Source of the DNA: a virus | Length of the DNA stretch: 64,000 nucleotides | Virus record (IMG/VR): IMGVR_UViG_3300046512_000168 | Location: 1-64,000 of that record | Reading direction: 5' to 3' (one strand) | Shown: positions 1 through 9,054 of the stretch, piece after piece | Position numbering within the stretch: the stretch's first letter is position 1 | How the letters are laid out: each line of letters opens with the position of its first letter | Program-made: the position numbers and the translations under genes | The notes under the pieces: model-generated | Database searches by the model: none | The model's input: only the letters and a program-made list of their open reading frames with translations | What the model was told of the DNA's origin: nothing

Positions 1-753
1 ATCGAGATGTGGCGCCTGCTTTCTCACTTCAAGCGCGCGATCGACGATGAGGCATGGGCCTATTCCGAAGAGCTTGGCGTCACCGTCCCGCACACCAACA
101 CCACGTTCAAGCCGGCTGGCACGACCTCGAAGCTGTTCGGCCTGACAGAAGGCGCGCACCTGCCGTCCATGCGTGAATTCCTGCGCTGGGTCCAGTTCCG
201 CAATGACGACCCGCTCGTCGACGATTACGAGGCCAAGGGCTACCCGGTCATGAAGCTGAAGAGCTACGAAGGCACGACCGTCGTCGGCTTCCCGACCAAG
301 CCGACCATCTGCGCGCTGGGCGACGGCAAGTGGGTGGTGACCGCCGCCGAGGCGACCCCGGAAGAGCAGTACGAATTCCTGCGCCTGCTGGAGAAATACT
401 GGATACACGGCGTCGACGAGGACGGCCAGCCGCTCGAACACGAGACCGGCAACCAGGTCAGCTACACGCTGAAATACAAGCCGGATGTCGTCACCTTCGA
501 AGACTTCCTCGCCACGCTGATCGACGGCCAGTTCTCCATCCGCTGCTGCTCGGTCATGCCGCAGTCTGACACCTCGGCCTACGAGTATCAGCCGGAGCAG
601 CCCGTCACCAAGGAAGAGTTCGAGAAGATCGCCGTCCAGATCGAAGCCGCCGGCAAGATGAAGGAAGACATCGACTTCTCGCACATTGATTGCGGCTCTG
701 GCTCTTGCCCGGTTGACTTCCGCGAGGACGAGGAAGAAGGCGAAAACGCATGA
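1..753 (+). CDS. nrdJ: Class II (B12-dependent, RTPR-type) ribonucleotide reductase, C-terminal part (5' truncated by window)
   Basis: KPAGTTSKL motif, NQVSYT strand and C-terminal redox CGSGSCP; frame is open from base 1. Confidence 0.85.
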   Translation: MEMWRLLSHFKRAIDDEAWAYSEELGVTVPHTNTTFKPAGTTSKLFGLTEGAHLPSMREFLRWVQFRNDDPLVDDYEAKGYPVMKLKSYEGTTVVGFPTKPTICALGDGKWVVTAAEATPEEQYEFLRLLEKYWIHGVDEDGQPLEHETGNQVSYTLKYKPDVVTFEDFLATLIDGQFSIRCCSVMPQSDTSAYEYQPEQPVTKEEFEKIAVQIEAAGKMKEDIDFSHIDCGSGSCPVDFREDEEEGENA

Positions 754-1310
754 ATGAAGAATGGCGGGCAGTCGTAGGCTTTGAAGGCGAGTTCGAGGTG
801 TCAAACCTCGGACGCGTCCGACGCTTATTCAGCGGTGGCGCAGATGGCTGGCGCATAATGAAGCCGTCTGCGCACGGCAGCTCCGGCCAGTATCTCGTCG
901 TTAATCTGTCAAGGGAAGGCGCTCGGGCAACCGGGCGTCGGCATCAAAAGGGTGACTACATCCCCGGCAGCAAGAAATACTGCAAGGTCCATCGCCTGGT
1001 ACTCGAAGCTTTCGTAGGTCCGTGCCCGCCGGGCATGGAGTGCCGGCACCTCGACGACCACGGCGCAAACAACCGCCTCGACAACTTGGTCTGGGGCACG
1101 AAGCGCGAAAACGCCGATGACATGATCCGAAACGGCAAGCGCAAAGGAGAGCGCAATGGGCGAGCGAAGTTAACCAACGCACAGGCGGATGAAGTCGCCA
1201 AGCGCCGCCGAAAGGGCGAAGCCCTGGCCGACTTGTCGGCTGAATTCGGTATCACAAAGACACGCGTATCCCAGTTGGCAAAGGAACCTACGATGGGGAT
1301 TGACACATGA
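750..1310 (+). CDS. Free-standing NUMOD4-HNH homing endonuclease with C-terminal HTH
   Basis: EEWRAVVGFEGEFEVSNLGRVR (NUMOD4); VHRLVLEAFVGP..CRHLDD..NNRLDNLVWGT..EN (HNH); overlaps both neighbours by 4 nt. Confidence 0.9.
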   Translation: MNEEWRAVVGFEGEFEVSNLGRVRRLFSGGADGWRIMKPSAHGSSGQYLVVNLSREGARATGRRHQKGDYIPGSKKYCKVHRLVLEAFVGPCPPGMECRHLDDHGANNRLDNLVWGTKRENADDMIRNGKRKGERNGRAKLTNAQADEVAKRRRKGEALADLSAEFGITKTRVSQLAKEPTMGIDT

Positions 1311-1546
1311 GCCAGGCAATCGTCTACGGGCGGGTGGAACCGCCCTGCCCCTACTGCGAACGCGCCAAGGAGAAGTTGACCGAGTGCAACATCCCCTTCG
1401 AGTTCAAGGACGTGATGACGGACCTCGCCGCACGCCGCGAATTCAAGGCGCTCTTCAACGAGGGCGACAAGCAGACCGTGCCGCAGATCGTCTTAGGCGG
1501 CGTGCATATCGGGGGCTGTGACGCCCTTTTGGCGACGTTCGCCTAA
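1307..1546 (+). CDS. Glutaredoxin
   Basis: CPYC active site and TVPQI..IGG motif; next to RNR. Confidence 0.92.
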   Translation: MSQAIVYGRVEPPCPYCERAKEKLTECNIPFEFKDVMTDLAARREFKALFNEGDKQTVPQIVLGGVHIGGCDALLATFA

Positions 1547-1552
1547 TACAGA

Positions 1553-1575
1553 GGCCGGGGGAAACCCCGGTCTTT
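1553..1575 (+). terminator. Probable intrinsic terminator after glutaredoxin
   Basis: gccgggg-gaaa-ccccggt hairpin followed by a short T tract. Confidence 0.55.
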
Positions 1576-1604
1576 CCCATTGCAACGGGTTGCACCAGAA
1601 TGTA

Positions 1605-2894
1605 ATGTGCGCCCACATATGCAGCACCAGCGGGAGCAGCGATTTGGCGCGGTACGAGACAATGAGGGGGGCGTGGAGACCAAGCCAGCCCGTCCAGCAA
1701 GACGACTTTCATACCCGCGTCGAGATGACCGACGGCGCAGGGTCTTCGTTCATCTCACACGGTCTCGGCGCGTTTGTTCGCTCCGTCGACTTTGCCGGCC
1801 GCGCAAACAGCTTCCTCACCCTCAATGTGAGCCGCCCAGGAATGCACTCCCTGTGGTACGCAATCGACCCGATCGGCTGCGTGTACTGGGACGAGCATCG
1901 CTGGTCTTTGATGCGGCAATTGCGCGTGGATGGTGTCAACGCCAAGACGTCACGCGTCGAGGCCGGACATCTCGTCATCACTAACGGCGTGCAGACCAGA
2001 GACGTAACGATCCAGCCAGAGCATCTGCCTACAGCCAGACCGGGCCTGACGCTCGATGCGGCCATTGCCGAATTCTGGTCGATCTTCCTCGAAGCCACCC
2101 GTGAGATGTACGAGATCGCCGGCCGCCCAAGGGTGACCGCCCTCCTCTCAGCCGGCACTGACAGCACGCTCGGCACCATTGCCCTGCGCGAGATCGGCGC
2201 TGACGTGCACGCCGTCTGTGTCGGCCGCACCGAAGACGATTTCGACGCACGCTATGCCCGCAACTATGCTGCGCAGCTCGGTGTGCCCTACACCTTCCTG
2301 CCCCTGCCGGCAGATACACCGGCCCTCAATCAGCTAGCCTACGACGCCGTCGCCGCCTCAGAGTATTCTGAGATGTCGAACACACTGATGGCCATGTGCA
2401 CGACACTTGTTAGGCGCTGGGCGATCGAACAGAAGCGTCCGTGCCTTTGGAAGGGTCACTATGCTGATGACCTGCTCGGCACCAGCAACGCGACATACGG
2501 CACCTTCAAGAAGAAGTTCCCAGCGCAGACCGATCAGGAATGGTCCGAGTACCGCGCCTCGCTCTACCAGCACATCATCCCGAACGACATGCAGGTCGCC
2601 CAGGTCTGCCGGCGAGACGGCGCAATCTGGCGCTCGACGTTCACCCACCCGAAGGTCGCTGAATTCGTCTGGTCGATGCCGAAGGCCGTCGTGCCGCTGC
2701 GCCTGATCAAGCCGCTGTTTGCCGGCGCGTGCGAGCTATTCCTAGACCCGACAACCTGCTCGTGGAATGTCGACGAGAAGAAGGTCGGCTACTACACCGG
2801 CTCGGGTATCGGGAAAATTCGCCTCGAAAACCCAGTGCTCGGGGACGACAACTTTAGACGCCTCTACAAACTCGCCAAGGAACGGCTGACATGA
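1605..2894 (+). CDS. Asparagine synthetase B-like ATP-dependent amidoligase/amidotransferase
   Basis: ATG at 1605 gives Ntn-type MCAHI; HTRVEMTD resembles HxRLSIxD; PP-loop LLSAGTDS; KGHYADDLLG resembles SGEGADELFG. Confidence 0.8.
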   Translation: MCAHICSTSGSSDLARYETMRGAWRPSQPVQQDDFHTRVEMTDGAGSSFISHGLGAFVRSVDFAGRANSFLTLNVSRPGMHSLWYAIDPIGCVYWDEHRWSLMRQLRVDGVNAKTSRVEAGHLVITNGVQTRDVTIQPEHLPTARPGLTLDAAIAEFWSIFLEATREMYEIAGRPRVTALLSAGTDSTLGTIALREIGADVHAVCVGRTEDDFDARYARNYAAQLGVPYTFLPLPADTPALNQLAYDAVAASEYSEMSNTLMAMCTTLVRRWAIEQKRPCLWKGHYADDLLGTSNATYGTFKKKFPAQTDQEWSEYRASLYQHIIPNDMQVAQVCRRDGAIWRSTFTHPKVAEFVWSMPKAVVPLRLIKPLFAGACELFLDPTTCSWNVDEKKVGYYTGSGIGKIRLENPVLGDDNFRRLYKLAKERLT

Positions 2895-3349
2895 GCCTCT
2901 ACCCCGCCTACATCCCGCCGCACCCGAAACACCCCTCATCCTTCGACTTCCAGGTCGTCGAATGCGGCGACATCGGAAAGGCCCTCATCACCCACCGTCC
3001 CTGGAAGCGCGGCGAGTTTATGGCCCGCTTTGACGGGGTCACCGTCGGACACGTTTACCAGCACACGCTGCAGAAGACGCCGTCGGTCCATATTCTCGAT
3101 ACGCACTTCATCGGCATGCTGGCGCATTCGTGCGATCCGAACATCATGCTCGATATGGAGCAGCAAGAGATGTACGCGCTGAAGGACATCGCCGAGGGCT
3201 CGACGCTGTCGATGGACTACGCGTCAACCGAGGATGTGCTCTTCGTCACGTTCGGCTGCGGCTGCGGGTCGATAAACTGCCGTGGCTGGATTACCGGCCG
3301 CAAGCAGGCGGCGCCGGCCGATTTCCGCTGCCTGACACCCATCGTTTGA
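2891..3349 (+). CDS. SET-domain (plus post-SET) methyltransferase
   Basis: LAHSCDPN, ALKDIAEGSTLSMDY and post-SET CGCGSINCRG. Confidence 0.88.
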   Translation: MSLYPAYIPPHPKHPSSFDFQVVECGDIGKALITHRPWKRGEFMARFDGVTVGHVYQHTLQKTPSVHILDTHFIGMLAHSCDPNIMLDMEQQEMYALKDIAEGSTLSMDYASTEDVLFVTFGCGCGSINCRGWITGRKQAAPADFRCLTPIV

Positions 3350-3372
3350 AACCCGTTGCACCAGAGAGAACC

Positions 3373-3759
3373 ATGACTGCTCCAGAATATCGCTGCATCA
3401 CCCGCCATGGCCGCAAGGTCTACGGCCAGCACATGCTCATCAACGCCAAGGGCTGCATCCCGTCGCTGAAAGACATCCCTTACATGAAGGACTTCCTTGT
3501 CCGCCTGGCCGACGACATCGACATGGTGCGGTTCGGCGAGGCACACGTACACCGTTTCGGCTCCGGCATAGAGATCGGCCTGTCCGGCTTCCAGCTCATC
3601 GAGACCAGCCAGGTCAGTTTCCACTCGAACGACGCCGCCCGTGACATCTATCTCGACGTGTTTTCGTGCAAGGAATACGACGAGAATGCTGTCGTCGCCT
3701 TCCTGCAGAAATGGCTGGAACCCAAGACGATCGAGACGCAGGTGATCTGGCGCAGCTAA
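3373..3759 (+). CDS. speD: Pyruvoyl-dependent S-adenosylmethionine decarboxylase family protein
   Basis: GQHMLIN, GLSGFQLIETSQVSFH (self-cleavage Ser and catalytic His), YLDVFSCK; ATG at 3373. Confidence 0.82.
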   Translation: MTAPEYRCITRHGRKVYGQHMLINAKGCIPSLKDIPYMKDFLVRLADDIDMVRFGEAHVHRFGSGIEIGLSGFQLIETSQVSFHSNDAARDIYLDVFSCKEYDENAVVAFLQKWLEPKTIETQVIWRS

Positions 3760-3821
3760 ATTTAGTTGACGAACACTTTGACATGTGGTAGTGTGTAACT
3801 ATAAATCAAACGGGGCTTATA

Positions 3822-4913
3822 GTGACACGCTACCAGGACATTCGCCTATCCCGGCATTTCACCCTGCTGGACTTCATGCAGGACCGTGATCTCTACATGA
3901 GCGGGCAACCGATCCCGCTCTCCGAGACAATCAACGAGGACCATATCTATCTCGGCAAGCGCCTCTGCGAGGAGCTGCTGGAGCCGATGATCAAGATTGG
4001 CGGCCCCTGCTCGATGGCGGCCGGATGGTGCCCCTCCAACGCAGGCCATGCGCCAACCACGCCGCACATCTGGGGCGCTAAGGGCGTGGCTTGCGACGCG
4101 GCTTTCCACGACTGGGTCAACCAGGACCGCTCGCCGATCAAGATGCTGGAAGAGGTGATCAAGGCCGGCATCCCCTTCGAGCGGCTTATTACCTATGCCG
4201 GCTCCGAGTACATGTGCATCGCGTGGAAAGAGCGCCCGCGCTACGCCCTCTACGAGAACATGCGCATTCCAGGCCAGGTCAAGCCGGCCTACATGCAGCA
4301 CACCCGCACCATGGGCCGCCCCGATAGCCTGCCGCAGACCCTGATGCACCGAGCCGACTGGAGACGCGGCCCCAACGAAACGATCTACCACACGCGCAGA
4401 TCGCTCCGGCCGCAGCATGTGCGCCTGTCTCGCTACTTCACCCTCCTGGACTTCTGCCGAAGCGAGATCGGCATGGAGATCGGCGAGTGCTGGGTGCTGC
4501 CGATCGAGGCCGCCAAGCAGGCCTATTACGGCCGGATGTTCGGGGAGATCATTGACCCTGTCGTGGCCGAGATGGGCCGCGTGTCTGTCACCCAAGGCGT
4601 CGTCCCTCCAGGTCTCGCAAGGCGCATGGGCAAGGATGCGGAACTGTTCACCTGGACCAAAGGGCCTGCCCAGGTGCGCTTCCTCCTGCCGCTAGGTGCG
4701 GACTGGGAGCGCGCGCTCGATATCATTTCGCAGCACGACAACCTGCTTGGCGTCGACGCAACCGATCACCCGTCAGGCGCGGCGGAGATCACCGTCACCA
4801 TAAACCCGTTCCAGGTCCGCACTATCTACTCCGGCGGCTACCCGTTCGGTTACTACGACGGCGAGGTGCCGGACTACATCCCAGCAAGGGCGCGCGCCAA
4901 GCTCGGCATATAA
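3822..4913 (+). CDS. Protein with two tandem peptidase M15A-like (DD-peptidase/endolysin-like) domains, degenerate
   Basis: Internal duplication IRLSRHFTLLDF / VRLSRYFTLLDF; first copy has TPHIWGAKGVACD resembling SxHxxGxAxD. Confidence 0.55.
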   Translation: MTRYQDIRLSRHFTLLDFMQDRDLYMSGQPIPLSETINEDHIYLGKRLCEELLEPMIKIGGPCSMAAGWCPSNAGHAPTTPHIWGAKGVACDAAFHDWVNQDRSPIKMLEEVIKAGIPFERLITYAGSEYMCIAWKERPRYALYENMRIPGQVKPAYMQHTRTMGRPDSLPQTLMHRADWRRGPNETIYHTRRSLRPQHVRLSRYFTLLDFCRSEIGMEIGECWVLPIEAAKQAYYGRMFGEIIDPVVAEMGRVSVTQGVVPPGLARRMGKDAELFTWTKGPAQVRFLLPLGADWERALDIISQHDNLLGVDATDHPSGAAEITVTINPFQVRTIYSGGYPFGYYDGEVPDYIPARARAKLGI

Positions 4914-5008
4914 AATTGCAACGCGTTGCATTTAATTGTTGACGAACACTTAGACATATGTCACTATCAAAGCATAGGAAATGAGCAAGCCATAGAGGAG
5001 ATAGCCAA

Positions 5009-5356
5009 ATGTCTGCAGGTAAGTTCCAGAGCTTCAACGCCACTTTCGCCGCCAAGTATGCAGCCCTCACCGCCCCGATCGAATACCGGGTCGACAGCAA
5101 GGGCCGTAAGGTCCGCATGCCGAACGCAGACCGCCCGGTCACGACCGAAGAGACGGTCCTGCTGCTGAAGTACATGCGCGCGATCGAAGAGGAAGAAGTG
5201 TTGGAAGCACTCGGCAAGGGCGCGATGGAATACATGGTCAAGGCCGGCCAGCTCGTCCGTGACGCCGCCTGCCCCACCCGCCTGTGGATCAGCAAGAAGT
5301 GCGCCGAAGCCTACCGCCTGCCGGCGTACCTCGGCCCCCGGACGTTCATCTTCTAA
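5009..5356 (+). CDS. Hypothetical protein
   Basis: GAGGAG RBS; first gene after the promoter at 4939. Confidence 0.7.
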   Translation: MSAGKFQSFNATFAAKYAALTAPIEYRVDSKGRKVRMPNADRPVTTEETVLLLKYMRAIEEEEVLEALGKGAMEYMVKAGQLVRDAACPTRLWISKKCAEAYRLPAYLGPRTFIF

Positions 5357-5912
5357 ACAACAAAAGAAGGAGTGCTTAACCGTGAATAACGAAGCGTTAT
5401 ACCGGGCCGATAGTGCCTGGAGCCTCGCAATCCTCGTCACGGCGACCTTGGTCGTTGCCGCGATCTTCATCTACCACCTGCAGGCCGGCCGCAGCCGCCC
5501 TGTCTCGCGCGGAGTATTCTGAGATGCACGGCTTCGTCGCCATCTACGGCTCGCGTCAGATCGACGTCTACGCCGACAGCCTCTACCAGGCCAAGCAGAA
5601 GGCTATCGCACAGCTCAAGGTGCGCAAGTCGCAGGAACACATGGTCAGCGTCATGCTGGCCGAAAAAGACATCGACCCGGCGACCATGAAGGGCGCGCAG
5701 GTCTACCATTCAACAGCGGGGCTCTAACATGGACTGCACCATCTGCGGCAAGCCGATCGTCTTGATGCCATCCGCCCAGGAGCGGGCGCGGAAGTTCGGC
5801 GGCAAGCCATCGGACTACACCAAGCTCTTCACTGAGCACGCGACCTGCACGGTCGAGAAGCGTTCTGCGTCCGCCATCGCGTTGACGCGGCGCCTGGCTA
5901 AGGAGAGCTGAA

Positions 5913-6515
5913 ATGGCGACGCGCTCGGGCATTCACGTGCAGATGACGAACGGCCAGTGGGCGGGCATCTACTGCCACTCGGACGGTTATTGGTCGTGGA
6001 ACGGCCAGAAGCTGCACGAATTCTATAATTCGCAGGCGCTCGCCGAGGCGCTAATCAGGCTTGGTGATATTTCGATCATTAACGAGGAGATCGGCGAGAA
6101 GCACGACTTCGACTACCGCAACAAGCTCTACAAGAAGTACACCAAGAATTTCGACACAGACTACGTCGCCATGCACAACGACCCCGAGTACGTGCGTCTG
6201 TCGCGCATGTGCAACGTCTATGGCCGCGATCGAGGAGAAAAGAATACCCAGGCACGTAGAGGTCCGACGCTGGCAAGCGTCTTGGTAGACGAGAGCTACG
6301 TCTACGTTTGGCGTGACGGGCAGTGGTTTGGCACCAACGAATACATAGAGAATGACGATGCCATTCACTCCGCCCTGATCGCCAGCCTGCGCCCGCTGAA
6401 GGACATCCTTTTCCTGGAAAACATCAAAAGGGACGAGAGCGGCTGGCCAGAGACCATCCGCCGCCGGACATCCTACCGACCGCCTCCCCCGACGAAGCGC
6501 GCCATCGCCCTTTAA
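5913..6515 (+). CDS. Conserved phage hypothetical protein (MxTRS..IYCHxDGY family), ends KRAIAL
   Basis: MATRSGI..IYCHSDGY..G..L..Y pattern; AAGGAG RBS. Confidence 0.7.
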   Translation: MATRSGIHVQMTNGQWAGIYCHSDGYWSWNGQKLHEFYNSQALAEALIRLGDISIINEEIGEKHDFDYRNKLYKKYTKNFDTDYVAMHNDPEYVRLSRMCNVYGRDRGEKNTQARRGPTLASVLVDESYVYVWRDGQWFGTNEYIENDDAIHSALIASLRPLKDILFLENIKRDESGWPETIRRRTSYRPPPPTKRAIAL

Positions 6516-6626
6516 ATTTTGCAACCCGTTGCAATTTCTGACGCTTCCGCTGTTGTCACGTCGGGGGCGTTTACGATATGGTGCGCGCAACTGCATCCTA
6601 CATATTTAGCATTCGAGGAAATCCCG

Positions 6627-7436
6627 ATGTCCGCGCCGTCCAATCAGTACAAGGTTGACATGCTCGCACTGGATGAGATCATCCCTTACGAGAACAACCC
6701 ACGGAACAACGAGCCGGCCGTCGACGCGGTGATCGCCTCGATCGTGTCGTTCGGCTTTCGCGTCCCGCTGCTCGTCGATCGCAACAATGTCCTGGTCGCT
6801 GGCCATACCCGGCTCGAAGCGGTCAAGCGCATCATCCAGCGCGACCCGACGCGTGCGGCCGATCTCGGCCAGCTCCCCTGCTTCCGCGCTGACGATCTGA
6901 CAGAGGATCAGGTCCGCGCCTTCCGCCTCGTCGACAACAAGACCTCCGAGCTGGCCGAATGGAACTTCGACATGCTCGCGACCGAAGTCGAGCTGCTGAC
7001 CGAGGCCGGCATCAACCTCACCGAATTCGGCTGGGCGCAGGAAGAAATCGACTGCCTGAAGTCTGTTGTCGCCGAAGACTGCCTGGACCCGTCGACGTGG
7101 GAACGTCCGGCCGAGGAGGCAGACGGCGTCAATGGTGCGATGACCGCAGCCCGCTCCCTGTCTCACTCGGCCGACGGCTCGTCCGTCCGCGTCACCATCG
7201 GCACGTTCGGCTTCATGATCCTGCGCGACGACTATGAGAAGTGGGCAGAGGCTGTCATGGCCGAAAACTCCTTCGACTTCGAGCGCGTCAACGATGAGGC
7301 GGCCCGCCGCCTTGGTCTGCTCGAAGCCAAGCAGGCTCGCACGAATTTCTTGAGCAGCGTCTACTCGACGAACGCCGCCGCGCCGGTGACTGTCGCCGAG
7401 CAGAAGGACGAAGAGACGGCAAACCTGGAGGCCTAA
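6627..7436 (+). CDS. ParB/Sulfiredoxin N-domain protein
   Basis: PYENNPRNN..SIVSFGFRVPLLVD..AGHTRLEA..AFRLVDNKTSELAEW; GAGG RBS before ATG 6627. Confidence 0.88.
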   Translation: MSAPSNQYKVDMLALDEIIPYENNPRNNEPAVDAVIASIVSFGFRVPLLVDRNNVLVAGHTRLEAVKRIIQRDPTRAADLGQLPCFRADDLTEDQVRAFRLVDNKTSELAEWNFDMLATEVELLTEAGINLTEFGWAQEEIDCLKSVVAEDCLDPSTWERPAEEADGVNGAMTAARSLSHSADGSSVRVTIGTFGFMILRDDYEKWAEAVMAENSFDFERVNDEAARRLGLLEAKQARTNFLSSVYSTNAAAPVTVAEQKDEETANLEA

Positions 7437-7443
7437 GCCGACC

Positions 7444-9054
7444 ATGAACAAAATAGACCTTGTGGCACTTAGCCAACTGGAGCCAGCGGTCTACAACCCC
7501 CGAGAGACGGACCCCTTCCGTCTCCGGCTCCTCCAGCTCTCCCTGACCAAGCTCGGTTTCATCCTGCCGCTCTACGCGACGCCGAACGGCCATCTGCTGT
7601 CCGGCCATCAGCGTCTGCTCTGCGCCGAGCTGCTGCAGTCCAACCACGCGCCGATCGTCTACGTGGACACCAAGATCGAAGCCTCGCGCAATATCAACCT
7701 GGTCTTCAATCGCGCCACCAACGACATGAAGACGAGCGACACGTCCGATCGGCTATTGGCGTCGATGAACCTCGACAAGGTGACGGAGCTGGCCGCCTCG
7801 ATCTCCGACAAGAAGGTCAACACGCCGGAATTCTACCGCTGCATGTCGGCCGAGCTGCAGCCGATCGACGACCTCTTGAAGATGGATAAGGCCGGCTACG
7901 AGAGCCCGGCTGTCTCGATGGCCGCAAAGCTGTTTCGCTGGAATTTGTTCATGCCGCTTGTCGTCACCGACACTGGCCGCATCATCAACGGTTCGTTCCG
8001 CCTCTACGCCGCAGCCGACCGCCAGTCTAACTGGGAGTTCGAAAAGCACATTCCGAAGGGCATGTACCCGGTCGTGACCATTCCAGACGCCGAGGGCGAT
8101 CTCGCCGTTACCCTCCTGAACATGATCTCGATGCGCTTCACGCTGGAAAAGCAGTACGCCGACCAGCTCCGCTTCGGTGCCTTCCGCCGACCGACCAACA
8201 TCGTCAAGGACATCCTGCCGCCTCTGCGCGTCTGGGTAGACGGCCGGCCGAAAGCAGCGCACGAAAGCCTGAAGGACCCGGAGAAGTTCTGGCACGGTTT
8301 CCGCAAGGAGCACGGCGAAAATCTCCTCGACTTCGGCGCCGGTCAACGCCGGCAGGAAGACATCCTCGCCAAGAAGGGCATCGACTGCCTGTCCTGGGAG
8401 CCTTACCCCTGCCCGCAGGAAAAGGACCCCGAGCGCCTGGACGAGAGCACACCCAACGGAGAGCCGAGCCTCACACTGGTTCGCCGTCTGACGGACAAGT
8501 TCCTGGACGAGATCGCTGCGGGCCGTTCGTTCTCGGCGATCACGCTCGCCGCCGTGCTCAACTCTGTGCCGTTCGAGATCGACCGCCGTTACGTGCTGCT
8601 GATCACATCGGCGCTCTGCTCCTACGGCACCCGTCTTGTCGGCTCGGTGCGCCATGTGCGCTCGCAAGACAGCGTTCACATTGCGAGGACACGTGTGTCC
8701 AGCGACGGCAAGGCACACATGGCGATGTCCATGTTCCCGCTAGACTATGAGCCAAACCTGACGCTTGGCGACATCTCGGTCATGCCGAAGGTGCAGCGCT
8801 TCCACACACCGGAAGAAATCGACGCACTGCTGAAGCTGTTCTTCATGAAGACAGAGATCATTGACGGCGGCCAATACATCTTCTTCCGCTGCACAGCGCC
8901 GCGTCGGCCGAAGCCGGAGCTGCTGAAGAAAGCGCTGCTGCACGAATTCAATCTGCCGTACCGCGATGGCGAGACGATCAACAGGGGCAAGGAAGCATTG
9001 CAGGCGTTCGGGCAGCGCCTCAGTATCAATTTCGATGAGGTCCCCGATGTCTGA
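7444..9054 (+). CDS. ParB-N domain(s) fused to a SAM-dependent (amino-type-like) transferase
   Basis: PAVYNPR..GFILP..LSGHQRL; second ParB-like IINGSFRL; LLDFGAG (motif I) and AAVLNSVP. Confidence 0.8.
   Translation: MNKIDLVALSQLEPAVYNPRETDPFRLRLLQLSLTKLGFILPLYATPNGHLLSGHQRLLCAELLQSNHAPIVYVDTKIEASRNINLVFNRATNDMKTSDTSDRLLASMNLDKVTELAASISDKKVNTPEFYRCMSAELQPIDDLLKMDKAGYESPAVSMAAKLFRWNLFMPLVVTDTGRIINGSFRLYAAADRQSNWEFEKHIPKGMYPVVTIPDAEGDLAVTLLNMISMRFTLEKQYADQLRFGAFRRPTNIVKDILPPLRVWVDGRPKAAHESLKDPEKFWHGFRKEHGENLLDFGAGQRRQEDILAKKGIDCLSWEPYPCPQEKDPERLDESTPNGEPSLTLVRRLTDKFLDEIAAGRSFSAITLAAVLNSVPFEIDRRYVLLITSALCSYGTRLVGSVRHVRSQDSVHIARTRVSSDGKAHMAMSMFPLDYEPNLTLGDISVMPKVQRFHTPEEIDALLKLFFMKTEIIDGGQYIFFRCTAPRRPKPELLKKALLHEFNLPYRDGETINRGKEALQAFGQRLSINFDEVPDV

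Noticed and set aside
750-1310. HNH as part of an intron or intein splitting the RNR
   Set aside because: The RNR ends with its normal C-terminal Cys pair before the HNH, and the glutaredoxin is intact; the HNH is free-standing.
1518-1604. Upstream extensions of track ORFs (1518, 3130, 6519, 8966, 32448, 37842, 38768, 62094)
   Set aside because: They run through terminators, promoters, palindromes or upstream genes; downstream starts with RBS or family-typical N-termini fit better.
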